A stretch of 39,308 nt of DNA. Source: a virus. Taxonomy: Duplodnaviria; Heunggongvirae; Uroviricota; Caudoviricetes. The notes below the pieces were generated by a model. That model made no database searches and had not been told where the DNA came from. It saw only the letters and a program-made list of their open reading frames with translations. The position numbers were made by a program, and so were the translations under genes. Position 1 is the first letter of the stretch. Each line of letters begins with the position of its first letter. Below are positions 1-8,128 of this stretch, one piece after another. The stretch spans positions 1 to 39,308 of IMG/VR virus record IMGVR_UViG_2541047861_000010. One strand, 5' to 3'.

Positions 1-2109
1 TTACACCATACTGTTAACCTGGCCGGGTAATTCGCTAGCTGGAATACGAAAGGTATACCAGGCATAACGACAGCGTTTCCACAGGCTGGAGAAATGGAGA
101 TGATAAAGGAAATCTGCAATAATTTCGTTATCTGGATATAAAGACTCGGCAAAATGTGTCCAGCGCGCACTGAGTTTCATGTTAAACAGTTTTTCATCTT
201 CTTTGTTACCATACAGGCGCGACAAAGTAATCATTGCTTCGAGCGTACCTTTATTCGCTTCTTCTTGTACCTGTTGGAGGTGCAAATGAGCAAGTGAGAG
301 TTCTTTCACCTCAAAGATATTAAGTAAAAAAAGCCCCCATGCTTTTTCATGTCCAGCTTCATGAGCCAGAAATAAATTGTCAAGGAGATTTTTTTCATAA
401 ATAGCCCGTGTTTCTTTAGAAATTTCTTGTTTATTTAGTGCCTGGTAGCAGATAGCAATGCTAAAATAAATATTTTGTAGATCTTGTTGATGTTCGCTAT
501 AACCATAATTTTTTACCAGTGGATAAGATACCGAGCTATGGAAATTTAGGTCATCTTGAAGTATTTTAAGTGCCCGTCGAAAATACTCCAAAGCTGTAGA
601 TGGTTCATAAGGTAATTTTGTATTGTCTTCCTTATCCAAATATTCAAGAGCAACTAAATTTAATGCGGCAGGAATATTTCTTTGCTTACCAATTGTCGCA
701 AGCGGAATGAAATAATCAGAAAGGTCAAACCAACTCAAATCTTTTATTGCCGACCGCCAATTATGATTGTATTTAATGTCACTAGCTTTTTCCAGCCAAG
801 CATCGCCCTGCCCTTCATCTTTTTCAAAACCCAAAATACCCTCTCGCTGGAAAAACCCCCTATAAATAACAGGTGTAGCATAAGTTGTATTCTGTGAATT
901 TTGGCAGATAAAATTATATATCCAGAATGAATCTGGATAATAACTTAATGCAAATTTTATCGCGTACGCAGTGTAATAATTATTGAGCTTCATGTCTTCC
1001 ATCACCGCTCGCTGTATACAGCACCACAACTTATCGTGATCGTTCTGCTTGTTATAGCAGGCAAGTAACCACTCTAGGGCATTATGGCGACATTCCTGAA
1101 ATTGTGCGTACTGAGCAATATTCTCTGCTAAGTCGATTGCATATTGTTGCTCCTCGGGCGCAATGTCCTCAATGCTGACATCTCGGTAATCATCCCACCA
1201 AAGTAAGAGATCCATATAGTCATGTTCTTCGGTAGATAAGTGCTTACAGGTTACTGAATCCAGCAATTCGGAAATTTCTTTATGCGACCCTCCCCAGCGT
1301 GGCATTCGAAATGGTATATATTCAACAAAAGGATAAAAAGTGTGAGGAAAAATAGTCAGACAAACAGAAAGCCAATATTTTTGCCCACCATCATCATCAT
1401 ACTCAGGAAGTATATTGGGGCGAGGCAAAACGGGGCATATTGCATGCTCAAACGAAAGTCCGGAATACGCCATCAACGCTTCCACTTCTTGCGGGGAGCG
1501 GCGGTGATAATTTTTCAGTGCGATCATTAATGGTATTCCTGCGACACTATCACCGTTAAGGTGTGCCGCCAGCCAGGCTGGCTGACCAAATACTTTTGAG
1601 TTGGTGCTGGTAAGTAATGCAGCCATCCATTGTCGTGGGTCACAATCAATTGCTTTAAGTGTAGCGATGACCATTTGTTCATTACATGCACCAGCACAAA
1701 GCCACATTGCATGTGTGGTATCATTTGCCCAGCCATAACTGCGATATAACCATGCACGGTGATTCCAGTATTGTGCTTCGGCAAGCCAGGCATGTGTAGA
1801 ATGAGGTCTTGCTTGCTGCCAGGTTTTAATGAGTCTTAAACCTTCTGTTCCGGCATCAACTAGCGTGTTCATATCATAAAAATAGTTGCACATTTGGGTC
1901 CAGGATAAAAAATAGCGCTTTTCAGCCTGACGAGAAGTGAAACTCTCCTGTAATACCTGGTTATAAATTTCATCTAGTTCCTGATAACGTTTTTCTTGTA
2001 ACATATAAGGAATATTTGCGATTTGCCATTTTCTCTCAAGAGTATTAAGTGGCATTTTTTGGTCACACATCTTTTGCATTGCACTGAGTAAACGAGCATC
2101 CTGTTCCAT
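1..2109 (-). CDS. Hypothetical cytoplasmic protein, 702 aa, Trp/Tyr-rich; last gene of an AT-rich three-gene operon
   Basis: Full ORF 1-2148; start placed at internal ATG 2107-2109 (MEQDARLL) because AAGGA sits 6 nt upstream and this avoids overlap with the upstream gene. Stop codon is at window bases 1-3. No hydrophobic N-terminus. No family recognised from memory. Confidence 0.6.
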   Translation of the reverse strand: MEQDARLLSAMQKMCDQKMPLNTLERKWQIANIPYMLQEKRYQELDEIYNQVLQESFTSRQAEKRYFLSWTQMCNYFYDMNTLVDAGTEGLRLIKTWQQARPHSTHAWLAEAQYWNHRAWLYRSYGWANDTTHAMWLCAGACNEQMVIATLKAIDCDPRQWMAALLTSTNSKVFGQPAWLAAHLNGDSVAGIPLMIALKNYHRRSPQEVEALMAYSGLSFEHAICPVLPRPNILPEYDDDGGQKYWLSVCLTIFPHTFYPFVEYIPFRMPRWGGSHKEISELLDSVTCKHLSTEEHDYMDLLLWWDDYRDVSIEDIAPEEQQYAIDLAENIAQYAQFQECRHNALEWLLACYNKQNDHDKLWCCIQRAVMEDMKLNNYYTAYAIKFALSYYPDSFWIYNFICQNSQNTTYATPVIYRGFFQREGILGFEKDEGQGDAWLEKASDIKYNHNWRSAIKDLSWFDLSDYFIPLATIGKQRNIPAALNLVALEYLDKEDNTKLPYEPSTALEYFRRALKILQDDLNFHSSVSYPLVKNYGYSEHQQDLQNIYFSIAICYQALNKQEISKETRAIYEKNLLDNLFLAHEAGHEKAWGLFLLNIFEVKELSLAHLHLQQVQEEANKGTLEAMITLSRLYGNKEDEKLFNMKLSARWTHFAESLYPDNEIIADFLYHLHFSSLWKRCRYAWYTFRIPASELPGQVNSMV

Positions 2110-2119
2110 AGATATCCTT

Positions 2120-2836
2120 TTAATTAGGTTCAAAAATTTTAAATTCATTCCACGGCAATTTTTTCCAGTTACTGGATGGATCTTTCAACCATGCAGTGAC
2201 TTCCTTTAAATCACGGTTCGCAGTGGCGACGGGGGTATCGTATATCATTAACCATTTTTGTCGGGCGCGAACATAAGCACTGGCATAATCTTCCCATGAA
2301 GCGAAACAATCTTGTGCTCTTTGAGCATTCAGTAATAACACTATCCAGGCCTGGTTTTCATCGCACCAGCCTAAACCGGCGATGCAACGAGTTAAAAAAG
2401 CAGTGCGCATACAGTCAAACGCCAGCCCATCCAGAACCTGGCCTTGTGCTGCCAGTTGTTCGTAAAAATCATGTGGAGAATTACCAAGCCCTGTAGCCCA
2501 GCGCTGTAATATAACGCCAATTTGTTGACGGAAATCTTCGTTGCTTTGGTAAGTTTCTGTTCCTAGCTCTTGTTTAACCTGTAGTGCAAGTTGTTGACGC
2601 TTATCATCAGTCAACTTTAAATCTAACGTGAAGCCATTTACTGACAGTCCATTACGACGAGCAACTATATCACCAATTGCTAATGCCCACTTACGTCTCT
2701 TTGTTGCTCGTCTTTTGTCCTTGATTAGATCCTTTTCTTTTTCTTTAGCAATAAAAGCATCGATTTGTGGTTTGTTTTTTTTGTATCTATAGATAAAAAT
2801 AAATATTGCGACCAGGAGAACAATGATAAGACTCAT
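2120..2836 (-). CDS. Hypothetical membrane-anchored protein, 238 aa, single N-terminal hydrophobic helix
   Basis: ORF with ATG start; N-terminus SLIIVLLVAIFIFIYRY followed by KKNK looks like a signal anchor. Start overlaps stop of upstream gene (TAATG). Possibly DUF1266-like, unverified. Confidence 0.6.
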   Translation of the reverse strand: MSLIIVLLVAIFIFIYRYKKNKPQIDAFIAKEKEKDLIKDKRRATKRRKWALAIGDIVARRNGLSVNGFTLDLKLTDDKRQQLALQVKQELGTETYQSNEDFRQQIGVILQRWATGLGNSPHDFYEQLAAQGQVLDGLAFDCMRTAFLTRCIAGLGWCDENQAWIVLLLNAQRAQDCFASWEDYASAYVRARQKWLMIYDTPVATANRDLKEVTAWLKDPSSNWKKLPWNEFKIFEPN

Positions 2837-4050
2837 TATTTTTCAACCTCTGACAGGGGTAAGTAATGAGATGTCTGTAATGTCAAACTCTCTATCTCAA
2901 AGGAAATGTTGCTGATATTTTGACCTGCAAATTGCGGATGCCACTCAGCGCCAGGGAATAACATTTCCGCAGAAGTAGCAACTATAGGGTCAATAGCATT
3001 AAGATAATGTAACTTATCAGGTGCGCTGTGTAACAGTAACCACTGCAACTCCACTGAAGGATTTGTAAAATGTTCTAATAAATGAAAGTTATTATGTAGT
3101 ACGCTTAGTAAAAAACTGGTTTCGTATACTTCCGTTACATATTTCCACCCCTGATATTCAGGTGTATTTTCATAAACAATACCCATACCTTCACAATCAC
3201 TATGTCGAACTGCTTGTGGTGATAATAGTTGCAAAAGAGACAAAACATCGTCCGCATATTTTTTAACTGGATGACGATTTTGCTTACCTTTTATTTGATC
3301 AATTTCAAGTGAATCACCAACAACATTGAGAGCAATAGTAACATGAGGAATATTATTATTATCACGCAAACTGAATAACCGTAATTTATGTTGCTCAATT
3401 TGATTTGCATAATACTCACCATAACCACCGGTAAGATTTTTTCGATCATCAAACTGGCCTACGCAATGTTGCATATGCCATGATTCATAAGCCATTTCAC
3501 GACGAAGGTTCGAATGACTGGCATCAAACTCAACAATTTTTCCGTCTGGCACATCAAGTATTGACTTTACAGTATTTTGTTCACTCGGCTGCCACCCTTT
3601 CTCGCGTCGTTGAAGCATCTTTTCATGCTCTTCTTCACGCATTCTGAACGCAACGTAGCAGGTTATGCGCTGTAGTTTTGATTCCAGACGGGTACCACAT
3701 TTCCTGGAAAGAAATTCCACCAACTCCCGTTCTTTGGTTAATATTTGTTGATGATCGGTTTCGATATAATAAAGTGTCGCAGTTGATACTGAGGCAGTAT
3801 TAAACTTCGATACCAGCCATTCCGGGATTACATCATCATTTTTATTAAACAGTGAATATTCTGCAAGCGAGTTAATTTGTTGCACCATTGGAAAGTCACT
3901 AATTAGCCATCGATAAAAATGGTTGAGTAACCATTTTTGGATGGTCTCATTATCCTGGCGAAACAGACTTCTTTGCAAAATTGCTGTTTTTACTTCCGGG
4001 GCATTAATTACATCCCTTGCATTATAATTCTGGTGAATATTTCCAGTCAT
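2836..4050 (-). CDS. Hypothetical protein, 404 aa; first gene of AT-rich three-gene operon
   Basis: ORF with ATG start at 4048-4050. Hand-counted GC of a 60-nt sample in this island is about 32 percent, versus about 60 percent in a prophage structural-gene sample (23161-23220). No confident domain assignment. Confidence 0.6.
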   Translation of the reverse strand: MTGNIHQNYNARDVINAPEVKTAILQRSLFRQDNETIQKWLLNHFYRWLISDFPMVQQINSLAEYSLFNKNDDVIPEWLVSKFNTASVSTATLYYIETDHQQILTKERELVEFLSRKCGTRLESKLQRITCYVAFRMREEEHEKMLQRREKGWQPSEQNTVKSILDVPDGKIVEFDASHSNLRREMAYESWHMQHCVGQFDDRKNLTGGYGEYYANQIEQHKLRLFSLRDNNNIPHVTIALNVVGDSLEIDQIKGKQNRHPVKKYADDVLSLLQLLSPQAVRHSDCEGMGIVYENTPEYQGWKYVTEVYETSFLLSVLHNNFHLLEHFTNPSVELQWLLLHSAPDKLHYLNAIDPIVATSAEMLFPGAEWHPQFAGQNISNISFEIESLTLQTSHYLPLSEVEK

Positions 4051-4537
4051 AACATCCGCCCGTGTTTATTATATCACTCAAAGCAATAATTGTTGACTAT
4101 AGATTTTTTATCTAAATCAGCATGGTTGCAGGTACATACTCAAGTAAGCCACTCAAGAAAATAACGTAAACTCAATAGTGGCAGCGTCACAAACTTTGGA
4201 AATTATGTCTTATATTTGCAGTTTATTTTAGTGAATAATTGAGATAAATGACATTATTTTACATCCTCAATAATTCAGGCTGTAAGAGGACGGCAAATAC
4301 ATTCATAATTATCAGGGGATGAACATTCAGGAAAGTAGTCAGTATCGTCAACTTTTTCTTTTATCACTACATGAAGATTTCGTGTAGATACTCCCATCTC
4401 TGCCACTTCTCCCCTCACATTTACACTGGAGCTAAACCCGCCGATTGCGCTACAATGCCCGCCCTTAAAGTGGGGGCACTCCCCTAACCGCTTCATCAGG
4501 TGAAGCGGCTCTGACCTGTCATCAGAACGAGAGAATT

Positions 4538-5899
4538 ATGTTTAAACCGGAACTCCTTTCCCCGGCGGGAACGCTGAAAAATATGCGTTACGCTTTCGCT
4601 TATGGCGCAGATGCTGTTTATGCGGGCCAGCCGCGTTACTCCCTGCGTGTACGCAACAACGAATTCAACCACGAAAATCTTCAGCTCGGCATCAATGAAG
4701 CCCACGCGCTGGGGAAAAAGTTTTATGTCGTGGTCAACATTGCACCGCACAACGCCAAGCTGAAAACCTTTATCCGTGACCTGAAACCGGTGGTGGAAAT
4801 GGGGCCGGATGCGCTGATTATGTCCGATCCAGGGCTGATTATGCTGGTGCGTGAACACTTCCCGGAAATGCCAATCCACCTCTCGGTACAGGCTAACGCC
4901 GTAAACTGGGCGACGGTGAAATTCTGGCAGCAAATGGGTCTGACCCGCGTGATCCTCTCTCGCGAACTGTCACTGGAAGAGATTGAAGAGATCCGCAATC
5001 AGGTGCCGGATATGGAGATCGAAATCTTCGTTCACGGCGCGCTGTGCATGGCCTACTCCGGTCGCTGCCTGCTCTCTGGCTATATCAACAAGCGCGACCC
5101 GAACCAGGGCACCTGCACCAACGCCTGCCGCTGGGAGTACAATGTCCAGGAAGGGAAAGAAGATGACGTCGGCAACATCGTACACAAGTACGAGCCGATT
5201 CCGGTGCAAAATGTTGAGCCGACGCTGGGTATCGGCGCGCCAACCGACAAAGTGTTTATGATCGAAGAAGCCCAGCGTCCGGGCGAGTATATGACCGCGT
5301 TTGAAGATGAGCACGGCACTTACATCATGAACTCGAAAGATCTGCGCGCCATCGCCCATGTTGAACGCCTGACCAAAATGGGCGTGCATTCGCTGAAAAT
5401 CGAAGGCCGTACCAAATCTTTCTACTATTGCGCACGCACCGCGCAGGTTTACCGTAAAGCTATCGATGACGCCGCTGCGGGCAAACCGTTCGATACCAGC
5501 CTGCTGGAAACGCTGGAAGGTCTGGCGCATCGTGGCTATACCGAAGGTTTCCTGCGTCGTCATACCCACGACGATTATCAGAACTACGAATACGGTTATT
5601 CGGTTTCTGACCGCCAGCAGTTTGTTGGTGAGTTTACCGGTGAGCGCAAGGGGGAGCTCGCGGCGGTAGCGGTGAAAAATAAATTCTCCGTTGGCGACAG
5701 CCTTGAGCTGATGACGCCGCAAGGCAACATTAACTTTACCCTTGAGCATATGGAAAACGCCAAAGGTGAAGCGATGCCGGTCGCACCAGGCGATGGTTAT
5801 ACTGTGTGGCTCCCGGTGCCGCAGGATCTTGAGCTAAATTACGCGCTGCTGATGCGTAATTTCTCCGGGGAAACCACGCGTAACCCCCACGGTAAGTGA
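4538..5899 (+). CDS. yegQ: Peptidase U32-family protein YegQ (tRNA hydroxylation protein TrhP)
   Basis: 453-aa translation beginning MFKPELLSPAGTLKNMRYAFAYGADAVYAGQPRYSLRVRNNEF matches my recollection of E. coli YegQ in length and sequence; followed by cyaR as in E. coli K-12. Confidence 0.9.
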   Translation: MFKPELLSPAGTLKNMRYAFAYGADAVYAGQPRYSLRVRNNEFNHENLQLGINEAHALGKKFYVVVNIAPHNAKLKTFIRDLKPVVEMGPDALIMSDPGLIMLVREHFPEMPIHLSVQANAVNWATVKFWQQMGLTRVILSRELSLEEIEEIRNQVPDMEIEIFVHGALCMAYSGRCLLSGYINKRDPNQGTCTNACRWEYNVQEGKEDDVGNIVHKYEPIPVQNVEPTLGIGAPTDKVFMIEEAQRPGEYMTAFEDEHGTYIMNSKDLRAIAHVERLTKMGVHSLKIEGRTKSFYYCARTAQVYRKAIDDAAAGKPFDTSLLETLEGLAHRGYTEGFLRRHTHDDYQNYEYGYSVSDRQQFVGEFTGERKGELAAVAVKNKFSVGDSLELMTPQGNINFTLEHMENAKGEAMPVAPGDGYTVWLPVPQDLELNYALLMRNFSGETTRNPHGK

Positions 5900-5934
5900 T
5901 TAATTTCGATTATTTTTCCCGGATGGAAAATTCT

Positions 5935-5983
5935 TAGAAACCGATCACATACAGCTGCATTTATTAAGGTTATCATCCGTTTC
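5935..5983 (+). promoter_or_regulatory. Putative cyaR promoter region (candidate -10 TATCAT at 5971-5976; possible CRP half-site GATCACA upstream)
   Basis: Position immediately upstream of the cyaR 5' end; cyaR is known to be CRP-dependent. Motif match is by eye and weak. Confidence 0.35.
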
Positions 5984-6070
5984 GCTGAAAAACATAACCC
6001 ATAAAATGCTAGCTGTACCAGGAACCACCTCCTTAGCCTGTGTAATCTCCCTTACACGGGCTTATTTTTT
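5984..6070 (+). ncRNA. cyaR: Small regulatory RNA CyaR (RyeE), Hfq-dependent, with intrinsic terminator
   Basis: Sequence GCTGAAAAACATAACCCATAAAATGCTAGCTGTACCAGGAACCACCTCCTTAGCCTGTGTAATCTCCCTTACACGGGCTTATTTTTT matches recalled E. coli cyaR; ends in a hairpin (CCCTTACACGGG) plus U-tract. Confidence 0.85.
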
Positions 6071-6071
6071 A
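6044..6071. repeat. Prophage attachment-site core, ogr-proximal copy (28-bp direct repeat AATCTCCCTTACACGGGCTTATTTTTTA)
   Basis: Identical 28-mer recurs at 38636-38663. It contains the reverse complement of the 27-bp P2 att core as I recall it (AAAAAATAAGCCCGTGTAAGGGAGATT) and overlaps the cyaR terminator. Confidence 0.85.
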
Positions 6072-6134
6072 CGCGTAATACAATGAAATAAAAGGATTTA
6101 TTTCTGGTCACGTCCACACATTGACCACATCGAC

Positions 6135-6158
6135 AAAAAAGCCCCTCGACTGAGGGGC
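6135..6158 (-). terminator. Rho-independent terminator downstream of ogr
   Basis: Hairpin GCCCCTC-GACT-GAGGGGC with a T6 tract on the minus strand (A6 at 6135-6140 on plus). Confidence 0.6.
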
Positions 6159-6171
6159 TTCCTGTTTGTAA

Positions 6172-6390
6172 TTACATCCACATAATTTGCTGCCCTGACG
6201 GCAACGGGTGCGGCCTTACGGCGTGGACTTCTCCCGGCTTCACGATGTATCGCTGTACCGACTCATAAGTGATGAACGTGGCGCTGCAATTCACGTTCTG
6301 GCACTGGTGATAACGCTCTTTTGTCGTGTCAGTGATATAGCGACTTGTACGCGCATGTGCGGCATGCTGGCATAAAGGACAATGAAACAT
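6172..6390 (-). CDS. ogr: Late-gene transcription activator Ogr (zinc-finger)
   Basis: 72-aa product MFHCPLCQHAAHARTSRYITDTTKERYHQCQNVNCSATF... with a four-Cys motif, matching P2 Ogr; start at internal ATG with GGAAGAGG upstream. Confidence 0.9.
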   Translation of the reverse strand: MFHCPLCQHAAHARTSRYITDTTKERYHQCQNVNCSATFITYESVQRYIVKPGEVHAVRPHPLPSGQQIMWM

Positions 6391-6471
6391 CGCGAGCACC
6401 TCTTCCGGTTTTGTTGATGGTGCCATTTTAGTTAATTTATCCTTATAAAACAAACAGATAAATAAAACATA

Positions 6472-7635
6472 TCACTCATTATCTTCTGTTTCGTACTCCA
6501 CATCAGAAAGCCTGACCTCAAGCTCTAAGGACGTCGTGAAGCCGCTATTATTCAGAAAATGTGTCACCTTAGTGATTGTCCAGTCCTGCTCGTCTATGAC
6601 GCGCTTAAAGCCTGACACTTTAACCGGTGTTTCCGTGTAAATATCTGCCCGACCAGTAGCCAGGCTGATGGAGAACTCCGCTACACCCCGTTGCAGCTTA
6701 TCCCACTTCGCCTGAGCGGCACGCATGGCCTGTGCTTTCGTGGCATATACCGTGGTCAGGGCAAAAACGTTATCAACCTCACCGGCCATGTATTCACCTT
6801 CGCGCGCTTCCGGTACTTTTGGCGCTTTCTTCTGCGTGACTGGTTTCGCTTTCGGGTGCTCCAGTGCGCGCAGGTGTTTCTCTTTCTTTTTGCGTTTCAG
6901 TTTTACCTTCTGCTTTTGCGGCTTCGGGTCTTTGGTGTGTAACCACTTTGCCGTTACGCCGGTATAGGCTCCACGGTCAGCAATCGCAAAATGATGACGG
7001 TCGCCGTCGCTGCGGGTGATGGTAATCTGCGGGATTTTTTTACCGCTGGACGTCACCCCCTGCCCCGCTTTGAGAAACAACAGTTTTCCCATTTTTACCG
7101 ACACCTCACCGCCGTTGCGTTCTGCAAGACGGGTCAGGAATTTCGCATCAGACTCCTGCGACTGGTCGATGTGCGGGATTTTAATTCCTGCCAGTGACGG
7201 CGCGACACTGGCTTCCAGCCTGTTACGGGAGGCTATCGCCTCAACAATCGCACCGAGCGTGGTGTCATGCCAGGAGCCTTCACGGCGGGAATTGAGCGTC
7301 CCGCGAAAATCTGCACTCCGGGCGCGGATGGTGACCACATCCGGTGCGCCCCGGTGTTCAACCTCATCAACGGTAAATTTCCCTTTGCATACCAGGGCAA
7401 AACCTTTCCAGCCGATATACACCGTCAGGACAGCGCCACGAACCGGCAGTCCGACCTGCCCGTCGGCATCGTTCAGTTCAATATCAAGCTGGTCAGCCTC
7501 AAAGCCCCGGTTATCCGTCAGGGTCATGCTCATCAGACGGTCGCTGATATTGCCGGTAATATCCCTGCTGTCGAGCATCAGCATGTAATCCGGCGTCAGC
7601 GTACTGCCTGCATCAAATGTCAGCGCATCCAGCAT
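6472..7635 (-). CDS. D: P2 gpD-like tail protein (387 aa)
   Basis: Length and sequence consistent with P2 gpD; position next to ogr and U. Confidence 0.9.
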   Translation of the reverse strand: MLDALTFDAGSTLTPDYMLMLDSRDITGNISDRLMSMTLTDNRGFEADQLDIELNDADGQVGLPVRGAVLTVYIGWKGFALVCKGKFTVDEVEHRGAPDVVTIRARSADFRGTLNSRREGSWHDTTLGAIVEAIASRNRLEASVAPSLAGIKIPHIDQSQESDAKFLTRLAERNGGEVSVKMGKLLFLKAGQGVTSSGKKIPQITITRSDGDRHHFAIADRGAYTGVTAKWLHTKDPKPQKQKVKLKRKKKEKHLRALEHPKAKPVTQKKAPKVPEAREGEYMAGEVDNVFALTTVYATKAQAMRAAQAKWDKLQRGVAEFSISLATGRADIYTETPVKVSGFKRVIDEQDWTITKVTHFLNNSGFTTSLELEVRLSDVEYETEDNE

Positions 7636-8114
7636 TATCCCGCCTCCGTCATACCCGTGAATTTAGTCGCTATACTGCCAGCCTTACCGATGAGCGATTC
7701 CGCCTGTTTACCGATATCGCCATAAAGCGCGGCCAGTGATTCATCAACGCGGGTGAGCGACAGCGTAAAATCAATTTTCCGGGGTGTGCCGTCTGCAAAG
7801 AAAATACTCCCTGTTTCACTCACCTTACTGATGACATACATGCCATAAATCATGCCGGTGCCATCCAGCAACGGCCACGCCCGGCCTTCCTCTGCCATCA
7901 GCCTGAGCGTGGTCATCGTCAGCTTTCCGCCGGTCAGTTCGGGATAAAGCACACCGGCAAGCGTGATGTTTTCCTCACCCACACCGAGAAATTGAAAGGC
8001 ATCCCGTTTGCCGATACGGGAATTTGACGGCCAGCGATAATCTGATTCACGCTGCATGGTCTGGTGTGGCAGCGTCTGGCGCATAAAAACAAACATACCT
8101 AACGCGAGCATCAT
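7635..8114 (-). CDS. U: P2 gpU-like tail protein (159 aa)
   Basis: Length and synteny (between T and D) match P2 U. Confidence 0.9.
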   Translation of the reverse strand: MMLALGMFVFMRQTLPHQTMQRESDYRWPSNSRIGKRDAFQFLGVGEENITLAGVLYPELTGGKLTMTTLRLMAEEGRAWPLLDGTGMIYGMYVISKVSETGSIFFADGTPRKIDFTLSLTRVDESLAALYGDIGKQAESLIGKAGSIATKFTGMTEAG

Positions 8115-8128
8115 TTTTCGTCACCTCC

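Noticed and set aside
2110-2148. Longer N-terminal extension of the 702-aa protein (start at 2148)
   Set aside because: Would overlap the upstream gene by 29 nt and lacks an RBS; the internal ATG at 2109 has a good AAGGA and sits 10 nt after the upstream stop.
4275-4496. 73-aa Cys-rich minus-strand ORF upstream of yegQ
   Set aside because: Start codon is embedded in a hairpin with no Shine-Dalgarno; retained only as a note because of its Cys content.
4970-5749. 259-aa minus-strand ORF and smaller ORFs overlapping yegQ
   Set aside because: Entirely antisense to yegQ, no RBS; Arg/Ala/Val-rich composition typical of spurious reverse-frame ORFs.
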